This document shows positions 30,145 through 40,486 of a DNA stretch of 64,000 nucleotides, one piece after another. The position numbers were made by a program, and so were the translations under genes. The notes beneath the pieces were generated by a model. That model worked only from the letters and a program-made list of their open reading frames with translations. It was not told the origin of the DNA and ran no database searches. Numbering within the stretch: position 1 is the stretch's first letter; the number at the start of each line of letters is the position of its first letter. Location: positions 512,001 through 576,000 of the forward strand of contig CAVVXN010000002.1 of the NCBI GenBank assembly GCA_963752285.1, written 5' to 3'. The DNA comes from an uncultured Planctomycetota bacterium. Its GTDB lineage: Bacteria > Planctomycetota > PLA2 > JAEUHO01.

Positions 30145-31689
30145 TCACCCCGGGGCTCGTCGCGCGCGGCGGCGCACGGCGATCCAGGCGACCCAGGCGA
30201 GGAAGAGGAAGAGGACGACGAGCGCTCCACGCGCGCTCCAGTACACCCACCGGTCCTCCGAGGGCACGTCCACCATGGTGATCGAGGGCCACCAGTCCTC
30301 GTAGAAGTAGTAGCCGAGGATCGCGAGGAGGAGGGAGGGGCTCACCCACCGGCAGATGAACCGGAAGAACCGCGGCACGCGCATCCGCGCGCCCTCGTGG
30401 AGCTCGGTCCACGCGCGGTCGATGCCGAGCACCCACCCGAAGAAGATCATCTCGATCAGCCCGAACACGACGAGCATCATCGTGCCGGCCCAGAAGTCGA
30501 ACTCGCCGAGCCAGCCGCGGTCCCAGAGCAGCGCGAGGGGCACGAGGATGGCGACGTAGGCGACCCCGAGGGCGGCCGTCGCGCGACGGCGCGTCCATCC
30601 GAGCTCGTCCTCCAGGAACGCGACGCACGGCTGCGCGAGGCTCACCGACGAGGTCAGCGCCGCGACGAACAGCAGGAGGAACCACGCGGTGCACATGATC
30701 ACGTCGAGCGGCGCGGTCATGCTGTGGAAGACGAGCGGCATCGAGACGAACGCGAGGTCGAAGATGCTGCCGTTCGCGATCGCCTGCGTCTGCGTCGCGC
30801 CGTAGAACATGAACGCGATGGGGATGACGATGGAGCCGGCGAGGACCACCTCCGCGAACTCGTTCGTGGCCGCCGCCATGAGGCCCGACTGGGCGATGTC
30901 GTCCTTCTTCGAGACGTACGAGGCGTACGTGAGGATCACGCCGATGCCGAGGGAGAGCGTGTAGAATACCTGTCCGGCCGCGCGGAGCCAGACCGTCGGG
31001 TTCTTCAGGAGCTCCAGATTCGGATGCCAGAGGAACGCCAGCCCGTCGAGGTACGTGCGGGACGGGTCCCACGGCGTGATCGTCGCCGTGCGGACGAGCA
31101 TGAAGATCGCGAGGAGGAACAGAAGCGGCAGGGCGATCTTGCAGAGCTTCTCGATGCCGCCGCGGATGCCGTACGAGATCACGAAGAGGTTCGCGGCGAC
31201 GGTGAGCCCGAGGAACAGGTACACGGTCCAGGGCGCGACGAGGTCGGGCTTCGGGTCGAGGCCGCGGTACGCGTTGAAGAAGGTCGTGAGGCCCTTCGCG
31301 TCGGCCTGCGAGGTGACGTGGCCGGTCAGGGAGTGCCACGTGAATCCGAGCGTCCACGACTCGATCAGGGAGTAGTAGACGAGGATCGCGAACGGGCCGA
31401 AGACGCCCAGGACGCCGAGGTACCGGAAGCCGCGGCGGCCCGAGATGGCCTCGAGGATCCCGGGGCCCGTCCCGTGGCCGAGCGAACCGCCGTGACGCCC
31501 GAGGGTCCACTCCATCCACATGAGCGGGAGGCCCACGAAAGCCAGGGCGATCAGGTACGGGATCATGAACGCGCCGCCGCCCTGCGACGCGGCGAGGCCG
31601 GGGAAGCGGAGGAAGTTCCCGAGCCCCACCGCGCTCCCGGCGACCGCGAGGATCACCCCGAGTCTCGATCCCCAGCGTTCCCGGGCCAT
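30145..31689 (-). CDS. Sodium-dependent transporter, NSS/SLC6 (LeuT-like) family
   Basis: RERWGSR, AGSAVGLGNFLRFP, GGGAFMIPY, AAGQVFYTLSLG, NEFAEV. Confidence 0.95.
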   Translation of the reverse strand: MARERWGSRLGVILAVAGSAVGLGNFLRFPGLAASQGGGAFMIPYLIALAFVGLPLMWMEWTLGRHGGSLGHGTGPGILEAISGRRGFRYLGVLGVFGPFAILVYYSLIESWTLGFTWHSLTGHVTSQADAKGLTTFFNAYRGLDPKPDLVAPWTVYLFLGLTVAANLFVISYGIRGGIEKLCKIALPLLFLLAIFMLVRTATITPWDPSRTYLDGLAFLWHPNLELLKNPTVWLRAAGQVFYTLSLGIGVILTYASYVSKKDDIAQSGLMAAATNEFAEVVLAGSIVIPIAFMFYGATQTQAIANGSIFDLAFVSMPLVFHSMTAPLDVIMCTAWFLLLFVAALTSSVSLAQPCVAFLEDELGWTRRRATAALGVAYVAILVPLALLWDRGWLGEFDFWAGTMMLVVFGLIEMIFFGWVLGIDRAWTELHEGARMRVPRFFRFICRWVSPSLLLAILGYYFYEDWWPSITMVDVPSEDRWVYWSARGALVVLFLFLAWVAWIAVRRRARRAPG

Positions 31690-31835
31690 CGTTCGCCTCC
31701 CTCCCCTGCGCCCCGCGAGGGCCCTCTCTCTACCCGTTCTCGCGCGGGGTTCCAACCTCCGGCCGCGCGGCCCGGCCCGCGACGCGAACGCCCGCGGGGG
31801 CGCTCGCCGCAGGGCGCATTACCCTGGCCCGGACC

Positions 31836-33281
31836 ATGCCCGCCGCCCCCGTCCCGACCCCGAGCGCGGGGCCGCCCGAGGAGACCGGGCGGCCGGACCT
31901 GTCGCGTCTCCGGATCCCGCGCACCGGCGCCGCGCGGCCCTATCGCTCGTTCCCCTGGTTCCTGGTCCTCTGCCTCGCGGCCCTCGCGGGCGCGGCCTGG
32001 CTGCTTCGAGGCCGAATCGCCGCGGTCGTCCCCGGCTCCGGGCCGCCAACGGTGCGCGTGGCGCGGGCCGTGCAGAACGGTCCGGGCGCGTCCGGCGCGT
32101 CCGGGGTCTCGGGCAACGGGTACGTGGTCGCGAACCGGCAGGCGTCGGTCGCGACCGTGCTCTCGGGACGACTCGTGGAGATCCACGCCGACGAGGGGGA
32201 CGTCGTCCCCGAGGGAATGGTCCTCGGGCGGATCCAGTACGAGGACTACGCGGCGTCGTGGGACGCGGCGAAGAAGCGCGTCGAGGTCGCACAGGCGCAG
32301 GCCGTCGAGGCCGCGCGCGCCGTGACGGAGGCGGAAGCCGACGTGCCACGCCTCGACGCGGAGCTCGCCGCGCGCCGTCGCGAGGTCGATGGGGCCACCG
32401 AGACGCTCGCCCGCCTCGAGCGCGAGGTCGAGCGGAACCGGAGCCTCTACGAGCGGCACGTGATCGACGAAGGGGCGTGGGACCGGATCCGGACCGACGC
32501 CGCGACGGGAAAGGACACCCTCGCCGCGGCAGAGGCGCGCGCGACCGCAGCGCAAGCGTCCCTGAAGCAGGTCGCGGCGCGCGCGGACCGCCTCCGGGCG
32601 GCCGAGACCGTCGCGCAGGCGGGGGTCGCTGCCGCGCGGCACGACGCGGAGGTCGCGGCCGTCACGCTCGAGAAGACGAAGATCCGCGCGCCGTTCGAGG
32701 GGCTCGTGGTCCGAAAGGACGCGGAGCTCGGCGAGGTGATCGCGCCGACCGGCGCGGGCAACTCGCGCGGGTCCGTCTTCACGATCGTGGACCCGGCGTC
32801 CCTCGAGGTCCAGGTCGAGCTGTCCGAACGACGCATCCAGAGCGTCCACGAGGGCGACGCGGCGACGATCGTCCTGGAGGCCGAGTCCGATGCGGTCCGA
32901 CCGGCGCGGGTCCGGAAGATCTGGCCGCGGGCCGACCGCACCAAGGGAACGATCGAGGTCCGCGTGACGTTCGACCAGCTGCCGCCGATCGCGCGACCCG
33001 AGATGGCCGCGCGCGTCACGTTCCTCGGGTCCGAGCCGTCCCCCGTGGCGGCGTCGAAGCCGGCCGTCACCGTGCCCACGGACGCCGTGGCGAAGCGCGA
33101 GGGCGAGGACGTGGTGTTCGTCGTCGAGGCGGGGGTCGCGCGCCGGCGCGCCGTCCGCCTGGGCGGGAGCGCGAACGGGCAGCGCGCGGTCGAGGAGGGC
33201 CTCGAGGGCGGCGAGCTCGTCGTCCGGGACCCGTCGCCAGGCCTCCGCGACGGCGACCACGTCCAGGCCGGGGAGCGGTAG
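31836..33281 (+). CDS. Periplasmic adaptor (membrane fusion protein, MacA-like)
   Basis: TM anchor, lipoyl-like half motifs flanking long coiled coil, IRAPFEG, VPTDAV, GLEGGE. Confidence 0.9.
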   Translation: MPAAPVPTPSAGPPEETGRPDLSRLRIPRTGAARPYRSFPWFLVLCLAALAGAAWLLRGRIAAVVPGSGPPTVRVARAVQNGPGASGASGVSGNGYVVANRQASVATVLSGRLVEIHADEGDVVPEGMVLGRIQYEDYAASWDAAKKRVEVAQAQAVEAARAVTEAEADVPRLDAELAARRREVDGATETLARLEREVERNRSLYERHVIDEGAWDRIRTDAATGKDTLAAAEARATAAQASLKQVAARADRLRAAETVAQAGVAAARHDAEVAAVTLEKTKIRAPFEGLVVRKDAELGEVIAPTGAGNSRGSVFTIVDPASLEVQVELSERRIQSVHEGDAATIVLEAESDAVRPARVRKIWPRADRTKGTIEVRVTFDQLPPIARPEMAARVTFLGSEPSPVAASKPAVTVPTDAVAKREGEDVVFVVEAGVARRRAVRLGGSANGQRAVEEGLEGGELVVRDPSPGLRDGDHVQAGER

Positions 33282-33282
33282 C

Positions 33283-33972
33283 GTGGCCCTCGCGAGCCTC
33301 GTGAACGTCACGAAGACGTACCGCCGAGGCGGCGAGACGCTCGTCGTGCTGAAGGGCATCGACCTGGACGTGCCCGCGGGCGAGTTCCTGGCCGTGATGG
33401 GACCGTCCGGGTCGGGGAAGTCCACGATCCTGAACCTCCTCGGCGGCCTCGACGTGCCCGACGAGGGCGCGGTCCGCGTGGGGGACACGGTCGTCACCGA
33501 TCTCTCGCGAGACGCCCTCGCGGCGTGGCGCGGCCGGCACATCGGCTTCGTGTTCCAGGCCTTCAACCTGATCCCGGTCTTGACCGCGCTCGAGAACGTG
33601 GAGCTGCCGCTGCTCCTGACGCCCCTCTCGCGCCGGCGGCGTCGCGAGCAGGCGGAGTACGCGCTCGAGATCGTGGGCCTCGCGGACCGGATGGGCCACC
33701 GGCCGAAGCACCTCTCGGGCGGGCAGGAGCAGCGCGTCGCGATCGCGAGGGCCATGGCGATGGACCCGACGCTGCTCCTCTGCGACGAGCCCACCGGCGA
33801 CCTCGACCGGCACAGCGCGGACACCGTGCTCGACCTCCTCGGCCGGCTCTCCGCCGAGCAGGGAACGACCGTGGTCATGGTGACGCACGACCCGCTGGCG
33901 AGCGACCGCGCGGGGCGCGTTCTCCACCTCGACAAGGGCGTCCTCGAAGAGATGCGAAGCGGATCGAGATGA
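33283..33972 (+). CDS. ABC transporter ATP-binding protein (LolD/MacB-like)
   Basis: GPSGSGKST, IGFVFQAFNL, LSGGQEQRVAIARA, DEPTGDLD, VTHD. Confidence 0.96.
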   Translation: MALASLVNVTKTYRRGGETLVVLKGIDLDVPAGEFLAVMGPSGSGKSTILNLLGGLDVPDEGAVRVGDTVVTDLSRDALAAWRGRHIGFVFQAFNLIPVLTALENVELPLLLTPLSRRRRREQAEYALEIVGLADRMGHRPKHLSGGQEQRVAIARAMAMDPTLLLCDEPTGDLDRHSADTVLDLLGRLSAEQGTTVVMVTHDPLASDRAGRVLHLDKGVLEEMRSGSR

Positions 33973-35138
33973 GCCTCCGGCGCCTCGCGCTGAAGCAGGC
34001 GTGGAGCCACCCGATCCGGGCGGTGCTCACGATCCTCGCGGTCACCGTCGCGATGTACCTCTTCTGCTTCCTGCGCTCCGTGCTGAGGAGCCTCGACGTG
34101 GCCGTCGAGGCGGCGGCCACGCGGCGCATCATCACGACCAGCGCCGTGAGCCTGTTCCAGGTGCTTCCGCGGACCTATCGCGACTCGATCGCCTCGATCG
34201 ACGGCGTGGAGTCGGTCTCGCCGTTCACGTGGTTCGGCGGTCTCTACCGCGACGAGTCGGGCCGCTTCGCGCAGTTCGCCTCCGACCTGAGCCTCCTGCT
34301 GAAGCAGTACCCCGAGGTCGTGTTCCCGGAGGCGCAGCGCGAGGCGCTCCTCCTGGACCCGCGCGGCGCGCTCGTCGGCAGCGACCTCGCCGCGCGGTAC
34401 GACTGGCACGTCGGCGACCAGATCCCCATCATCGGGACGATCTACGCGCGGGTGGACGGCTCGGCCTGGAGCTTCACGATCCAAGGCATCTACCACTCGA
34501 CGCGCGCGAACGTGGACGAGCAGACGATGTACTTCCACGCTTCCTATCTCCGGGAGACGTTGGACCAGGGCCTCTGCTACGGGCCGAAGGGCACGGGCGT
34601 GTTCCTCGTGAAGGTCGCGCCCGACGCGACCGGGGAGGAGGTCGCGGACCGCATCGACGCGTATTTCGAGGGGGGGCCGCAGCGTACCCGGACCCAGACG
34701 GAGGCCGCGTTCCAGGCCGACTTCGTGAACATGCTCGGGAACCTGCCGACCTTCCTGGGCCTGATCGTGGGCGCGGTCCTCTTCGCGATCCTCTTCGGCG
34801 TCGTGAACACGATGACGATCGCCGCCCGGGAACGGACGCGTACCGTGGGCATCCTGAAGTCGCTGGGCTTCCCCGACGCGGTGCCGGCCCGCCTGTTCGC
34901 GTTCGAGTCCACGTTCCTGCTGGGGGTCGGTACGGTCCTCGGGATCGCGCTCGCCGTCGTGACGGAGGGGTACTGCCGACGGTGGTTCGGGTCGCAGATC
35001 CCCGGCTACCACGTGGCGCTCGAGGTGGACGTGCAGGCGGCGGTGATCGGGATCACGATCGCGATCCTCGCCGCGCTCGTCCCCGCGCTCGCGGCCCGGC
35101 GCCTTCGCCCCGTCGAGGCGCTGCGACTCGAGGCGTGA
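33969..35138 (+). CDS. ABC transporter permease (MacB/FtsX-like)
   Basis: 1+3 TM topology with large periplasmic loop; NTMTIAARERTRTVGILKSLGF; RLRPVEALR. Confidence 0.92.
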   Translation: MSLRRLALKQAWSHPIRAVLTILAVTVAMYLFCFLRSVLRSLDVAVEAAATRRIITTSAVSLFQVLPRTYRDSIASIDGVESVSPFTWFGGLYRDESGRFAQFASDLSLLLKQYPEVVFPEAQREALLLDPRGALVGSDLAARYDWHVGDQIPIIGTIYARVDGSAWSFTIQGIYHSTRANVDEQTMYFHASYLRETLDQGLCYGPKGTGVFLVKVAPDATGEEVADRIDAYFEGGPQRTRTQTEAAFQADFVNMLGNLPTFLGLIVGAVLFAILFGVVNTMTIAARERTRTVGILKSLGFPDAVPARLFAFESTFLLGVGTVLGIALAVVTEGYCRRWFGSQIPGYHVALEVDVQAAVIGITIAILAALVPALAARRLRPVEALRLEA

Positions 35139-35158
35139 GGGAGGGACCGAGCGAGAGC

Positions 35159-36343
35159 ATGCGCGTCCTGCCCCGCTTCCCCTGGTCGTACCCGTGGCGC
35201 AGCCTCCTCGTGCGCTGGCCCGCGTCGCTCTTCAGCGCCCTCGGCATCGCGATGACGGTGGCGGTCCTCTGCGGCGTGTTCGCGCTCCAGCGCGGGTTCA
35301 CCGCCCTCTTCGCGACGACGGGACGCACGGACGTCGCGATCTACCTCCGCCAGGGCGCGCAGAGCGAGGGCGAGAGCGGGGTGTCGCTCGAGCAGGTGCG
35401 GAAGATCGTGAACGAACGGCCCGAGGTGGCGCGCGACGCCGAGGGTCGTCCGCTGGCCGCTGGGGAGTCGTACCTCGCGCTCTTCCTGCCGCGGGTCGGT
35501 GGGGAGGGGAAGGAGGTGAACGTCCCGTTCCGGGGCGTAGAGGAGGCGTCCCTCCGGATCCACGGCGACGAGATCCGGATCGTCGAGGGTCGGAAGCTCA
35601 CGTTCGGAACCGACGAGGTGATCGTCGGCCGTCCCATCTCGGAGCGCTTCGAGGGATGCCGGGTGGGCGACGTCGTGCGAGTCAACGTGACGCCGTTCAA
35701 GGTCGTGGGGATCTTCGAGGGCTCGGGCGCGTACGCCTCCGAGATCTGGAGCGATGTGGATCGCATGAGTGCGGCGCTCGACCGTCCGCTTCGCCAGCGT
35801 GTGATCGCGAAGCTGGCGCCGGGGTGGACCGCCGAGAAGGTGCAGGAGGACCTCGAAGGCGACAAGGAGATCCCCATGAAGGTCATGTCCGAGCGCGCGT
35901 ACTACGCCCAGCAGACGTCCGTGCTCGGCGGCGTGCTCACCGGTCTCGGCTTCTTCCTGAGCAGCGTGCTCGGGATCGCCGCGGTCCTCGGCGCCGCGAA
36001 CACGATGCTGGCCGCCGTGGGCGCGCGCACGCGCGAGGTGGGGATGCTCCGGGCGATGGGGTTCCCGCGCGCGTCGATCCTCGTTTCGTTCCTGTTGGAG
36101 GCGGGCGCGATCGGCCTCGTGGGCGGCGTCCTCGGCGGCTTGATCGTGCTGCCGCTGAACGGCGTCGAGACGGGCACGATGAACTGGAACACGTTCACCG
36201 AGGTCTCGTTCGCGTTCCGCGTGGATCCCTCGCTGCTGCGCCTCGCGGTCGGGATCGCCGTGCTGCTGGGCGTGCTGGGCGGCGTCGTGCCCGCGTGGCG
36301 GGCGAGCCGACTTCGTCCGATCCAGGCGCTGAGGCGCGGGTAG
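35159..36343 (+). CDS. ABC transporter permease (MacB/FtsX-like), second subunit
   Basis: NTMLAAVGARTREVGMLRAMGF; PAWRASRLRPIQALR. Confidence 0.92.
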   Translation: MRVLPRFPWSYPWRSLLVRWPASLFSALGIAMTVAVLCGVFALQRGFTALFATTGRTDVAIYLRQGAQSEGESGVSLEQVRKIVNERPEVARDAEGRPLAAGESYLALFLPRVGGEGKEVNVPFRGVEEASLRIHGDEIRIVEGRKLTFGTDEVIVGRPISERFEGCRVGDVVRVNVTPFKVVGIFEGSGAYASEIWSDVDRMSAALDRPLRQRVIAKLAPGWTAEKVQEDLEGDKEIPMKVMSERAYYAQQTSVLGGVLTGLGFFLSSVLGIAAVLGAANTMLAAVGARTREVGMLRAMGFPRASILVSFLLEAGAIGLVGGVLGGLIVLPLNGVETGTMNWNTFTEVSFAFRVDPSLLRLAVGIAVLLGVLGGVVPAWRASRLRPIQALRRG

Positions 36344-36344
36344 G

Positions 36345-39254
36345 GTGGGCCGCATCGGACTCCTGGCGGCGCTAGCATCCGGCGACTCGGCGGCCCGCCG
36401 TCTCGTGGCCGCCTCGCTCCTGCCCGTGGAGCCCGGGAACGTCGTCGTCCGTCCGTGGGGCGGCCACCGGCTCGGCGCGGGTCCTTCGGGCGAGCCGGTC
36501 GGCGAGGTCTTCGAGGTCTGCGGCGACCGTCGTGACGACGAGGCAGCGCTGCATCCGAGCCACGTCCGGCTGCCCGGAGGCGAGACGATCTCGCTCCCCG
36601 ACCTCCTCGACCTGGCCGGCCCCGACGTGATGGGCGAGGCGCTCCACCACGAACACGGCCCGAACCTCCCTCTCCTCCCGAAGACGCTCGACGTCCGGAA
36701 CATGCTCTCGGTCCAGACGCACCCGCCGGGGCACCCCGAGGTGTACATCGTGCTCGAGGCCGAGCCCGGTGCGACGATCGGTCTCGGCTTCGCGAAGGAC
36801 GTGGACCGGGAGGAGCTCTCGCGGCGCTTCGTCGAGGCGCGCGCGGCGCAGGAGGCGATCCTCCGTCTCCTCCGGCCCGAGGCCGACGCGCACGTGCTCG
36901 GGCTCGCCTTCGGACCCGCGCTGGCGCGCCGCGCGACGGCCGACGAGACCGTCGCGCGCCTGGCCCCGCTCGTGCGCCCCGGGGGACCGGTCGTGGACCT
37001 CGCGTCGCGCATCCGGACGATCTTCGAGGCGGAGGCGCTCGCGCTGGGCGTGCTCGGTCGCGTGCCGGTCGCCGCGGGCGACGTCCTGTGGAACGCGACG
37101 CTCCCGGAGTCGGGACGCGCGCCGTCGGCCGAGGTACACGCGCTCGGGGACCCCGAGGGGAACGAGGTCGTGCTGCTCGAGATCCGGCGTCCCGGCCCGA
37201 CGTACCGCGCGTGGGACCACGCGCGCTTCCCGCTCCGCGCGCTCGACGTCGAGCGCGCGCTCGGCGCGGCGAGCCCGCGCGCGCGCGCCGCCGACTCGTT
37301 TCGCGTCGTGCCCCGGCCCGTCGAAGGACGCCCCGGGGCGTACGCGTCGATCGCGTCCGAGGCGTTCGTCGTGGAGCACCTCCGGCCGCGGCCGGGGGCC
37401 CCCGTGGACGTGCCGGCGACGCCGACCGTCGAGACCGTCCACGCGACGCGCGGCGGGGTGCGCATCGAGACGGCGGACGGCCGGGATCTCGGCCGCCTCG
37501 AGGCGGGCCGCTCGGCCCTCGTCCCCGCGGGCGTCGGCGCGTGGCGCGCGTTTCACGACGCCTCCGAAGCGGGCCCGTGCGAGGTCGTGCGCGCCTGGGT
37601 CCCCACCACGCCCTCGGCGTCGCTCCTCGGTCGGCTCGCGAACCTCGACGACCTGAGGGCGACGGTCGCGCGATCCGAGGGGCCCCGCGAGGTCGTCGCG
37701 ATCGTGAACGGCGGGGACGGCGAGATCGTGCGCGCGGACCTCGAAGGGAGGCGCCGCTCCCTCTTCCGCGACGACGGCGAGACGCGCGTCTTCGCGCACG
37801 AGGAGGTCGCGCGCCGTGGTCAGTGGCTCGGCCTCCTCGACGCGCTCCGCCACCGCGAGGAAGCGCTCGGCCCGCTCGACGAGGACGCCGTCCAGGTCGG
37901 GATCATGCTGCCCGGCCAGGGCACGCGCCTCGCACCGCTGACCCAGCGCCTCTACGGCATCAAGCCCGACCTGCCGCTGCTCGTGCGCGCGGGGCGCGCG
38001 GGCGAGCGGTTCCTCTCGGCGGCCGCAGCGTCGATCTTCACGTGGACGCTCGTGTCGCGTCACCTCGAGCGACTCGGGTTCCGCGGGGTCCTCTGGAAGT
38101 GGGGCGACGAGCCGCAGGTCCCCGCGCGCGTGCTCGCGGACCTCGCGCAGGACCTCGCGGACGCGGACGCGGTCCGCTTCGGCGCCGCGGCCGAGGTCAC
38201 CGAAGACCTCGCGCGGAACAAGGACTGGCTGGTCGTGGAACGGGACACGGGTCGGCTCGTGCGCCCGCTCCGCCGCCGATCGCGCGCGGACCTCCTCGCC
38301 GCGCTCTCGTCCGCGAACGAAGGACGCGCGGTCCAGGCCCTCGTGCACGTCGGGAGCCCGGGTTTCTCGCACGCGTTGCTCGCCGCGGCTCGCGAGGCCT
38401 TCGAGGACGTCGAGGGCTGGATCGACGTGGACGGCTGGCTCTTCGAGGCCCTGACCCTGGACGACGCCGCGTGGGCGGCGGAGCGCGAGCGGGACGCGGG
38501 CCTTCGCGCCCTCCTCGCGGAGCACCCCGACTTCCGCGCGCGCGTGTCGCGTCTCGCCGAGGGCGTGACGCGCCGGCGCGGGCGTCCGCCGGTGGTCCGC
38601 GTCGTGGACCTCGACGCGGGACTCTGGTGGGGGGACGTCGGCCAGCTCTCGCGCGCCCGGGAGACGCTCCTCGAGGTGGCGTGCGACGGCGAGGTCGGAC
38701 GGTTCGCGCGTCGCCTCGCCTCGATCGACCACGTCGTACCCGACCGCTTCGGCAACCGGCTCGTCGGCGACGCGCACGTGCCCGGCGACGGGTCGGTCCG
38801 CGCGAGCGTGGTGATCGACGCGCGCGTGGACGGGCCCGCCGAGATCCGGGGCGCGGTGCTCGTCGGCTCCGACCTCGGCCGCGCGCGGATCGGCCGCGGG
38901 TCGGTCGTCGTCGGGACGACGGTGCTCGACCTCGAGACGGGCGACGACGCCCTCGTCTTCCGCGCGGTCGCGGAGCGGGCGGTCGTGCCCGCGGGCGGCG
39001 TGCTCACGCACGTTCCCACCGACCCGGCCGACCTCGCGCGAGGCCTCGACGCGTGGCGCGCCGACCAGCGGACCGACCTCGGCGCGGCCGAGGTGCAGCG
39101 TCGGCCCGCGTTCGGGAACCCCGCGTCGTTCGGCGAGAAGCTCCTGGAGATGCGACGGCGCGACGTGGACCCGCTCGAAGTAGAGCGGGCGATCGACGAG
39201 CGCTTTGCGGCCCCGCTCCGCGCACGGCTCGGTCGCGCGGTGGGACGAGACTGA
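36345..39254 (+). CDS. Fusion of type I phosphomannose-isomerase-like cupin and sugar-1-phosphate nucleotidyltransferase-like domain with beta-helix-like tail
   Basis: N-half: PLLPKTLD..MLSVQTHP..PEVYIVL, VHALG, LLEI...TYRAWD; C-half: PGQGTRLAPLT...KP, WGD, WGDVG, then short hydrophobic repeats; single 969-aa frame. Confidence 0.75.
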   Translation: MGRIGLLAALASGDSAARRLVAASLLPVEPGNVVVRPWGGHRLGAGPSGEPVGEVFEVCGDRRDDEAALHPSHVRLPGGETISLPDLLDLAGPDVMGEALHHEHGPNLPLLPKTLDVRNMLSVQTHPPGHPEVYIVLEAEPGATIGLGFAKDVDREELSRRFVEARAAQEAILRLLRPEADAHVLGLAFGPALARRATADETVARLAPLVRPGGPVVDLASRIRTIFEAEALALGVLGRVPVAAGDVLWNATLPESGRAPSAEVHALGDPEGNEVVLLEIRRPGPTYRAWDHARFPLRALDVERALGAASPRARAADSFRVVPRPVEGRPGAYASIASEAFVVEHLRPRPGAPVDVPATPTVETVHATRGGVRIETADGRDLGRLEAGRSALVPAGVGAWRAFHDASEAGPCEVVRAWVPTTPSASLLGRLANLDDLRATVARSEGPREVVAIVNGGDGEIVRADLEGRRRSLFRDDGETRVFAHEEVARRGQWLGLLDALRHREEALGPLDEDAVQVGIMLPGQGTRLAPLTQRLYGIKPDLPLLVRAGRAGERFLSAAAASIFTWTLVSRHLERLGFRGVLWKWGDEPQVPARVLADLAQDLADADAVRFGAAAEVTEDLARNKDWLVVERDTGRLVRPLRRRSRADLLAALSSANEGRAVQALVHVGSPGFSHALLAAAREAFEDVEGWIDVDGWLFEALTLDDAAWAAERERDAGLRALLAEHPDFRARVSRLAEGVTRRRGRPPVVRVVDLDAGLWWGDVGQLSRARETLLEVACDGEVGRFARRLASIDHVVPDRFGNRLVGDAHVPGDGSVRASVVIDARVDGPAEIRGAVLVGSDLGRARIGRGSVVVGTTVLDLETGDDALVFRAVAERAVVPAGGVLTHVPTDPADLARGLDAWRADQRTDLGAAEVQRRPAFGNPASFGEKLLEMRRRDVDPLEVERAIDERFAAPLRARLGRAVGRD

Positions 39255-39258
39255 CGGC

Positions 39259-40482
39259 GTGGACGCCCGGCTCGTCCTCGTCTGCGCCCGAGACCCTCGC
39301 CGGGGTCGGGCGCGGGCCGACGCGTACGTGCGCGCGCACGCGCGCGCCGCGGCAGCGCTGGACCTCGAGCCGCGGCTCGTCTGCGGGGGAGAGGACGAGG
39401 GACGCGCCGCGAGCCCGTCCGGGGTGGTGCGTCGGGTCCGGACCGGAGGCGCCGGCGGGGCGCTCGGCGTGCCGTTCGTCGTCGAGGCGCTGGCGGCCGC
39501 CGCGCTCGAGGAGGCGGAGGGCGCCGGCGCGGTGCTCTTCCACGGGTTCGGCCTCGGCGCGCACGCGGCGGTCGCCGCCGCCTCCCGCCTCGCGCGGCGT
39601 GGCGTCGAGGCGTACGGCGTCGCGAGCCTCGTCCCCACGGTCGAGGCCGGCACGGGGCCGGGCGCCTCGGCGTGGCTCGGCCGCCTCGGGGGCGCGTGGA
39701 CGGCCGCGGCGGGGCTCGCCGCCGAGCGGAGCACGTGCCGGCGGGCCGACGCCGTGCTCGTCCACCACGAGGCGCACGGCGCGGCGCTCCTCCGGCGACA
39801 CGGACGCGCGGTCCGGGTCCGGGTGGTCCCGTTCGCACCCGAGCACGCGTTCGACCGCGCGGCGCGCGAAGGCCTTCCGCGGTCGCGCGTGCTTTGCGGC
39901 GCGCCGATCGTGGTCGCGGCGGCGCGGCACGTCCGGCCGCGCGGGATGGACCTCCTGCTCCGCGCGCTCGCGCGCCTCGAGAGGGACGGTGTGCGGTTCC
40001 GCGCGTACGTCCTCGGCGGCGGACCGTGCTACGAGGCGAACCGGCGGCTCGCGCGCGGGCTCGGGCTCGAGGGACGCGTCGCGCTCCTGGGCGACGGGCC
40101 GGAGGTCGAGCCGTACCTCGCGCGTGCCGACGTGTTCGTATGGCCGGCGCGCGAGGACCCCGGGGGCCCGGGCGCCGTGTTCGACGCGATCGCGGCCGGC
40201 GTGCCCGTGCTCGCGACGCGGGTGGGGGGGCTCGCCGAGGACCTCGTCCACGGGATCAGCGCCTGGCTCGTGCCGCCGGGGAGCGCCGACGCGCTGGCCG
40301 ACGGCCTCGTCCACCTCCTCGGGGACCCGGCGCTTCGTGCGCGCCTCGCCGCCGGCGCGCGGGCGCGCGAGGCGACGCGCTTCTCGGCCGACCGGTTCGT
40401 GGCGGGGCTCGCCGCCGCGTACGCCGAGGCGGGGTTCGTGTGGACCGGCGTCGTCGCCGCCCCGGAGGGACGCGTACCCTGA
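39259..40482 (+). CDS. Glycosyltransferase family 4-like protein (divergent)
   Basis: GT-B C-lobe pattern YLARADVFVWP...AIAAGVPVLATRVGGLAE.L.HG...LVPPG; EX7E motif degenerate. Confidence 0.8.
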   Translation: MDARLVLVCARDPRRGRARADAYVRAHARAAAALDLEPRLVCGGEDEGRAASPSGVVRRVRTGGAGGALGVPFVVEALAAAALEEAEGAGAVLFHGFGLGAHAAVAAASRLARRGVEAYGVASLVPTVEAGTGPGASAWLGRLGGAWTAAAGLAAERSTCRRADAVLVHHEAHGAALLRRHGRAVRVRVVPFAPEHAFDRAAREGLPRSRVLCGAPIVVAAARHVRPRGMDLLLRALARLERDGVRFRAYVLGGGPCYEANRRLARGLGLEGRVALLGDGPEVEPYLARADVFVWPAREDPGGPGAVFDAIAAGVPVLATRVGGLAEDLVHGISAWLVPPGSADALADGLVHLLGDPALRARLAAGARAREATRFSADRFVAGLAAAYAEAGFVWTGVVAAPEGRVP

Positions 40483-40486
40483 CCGC

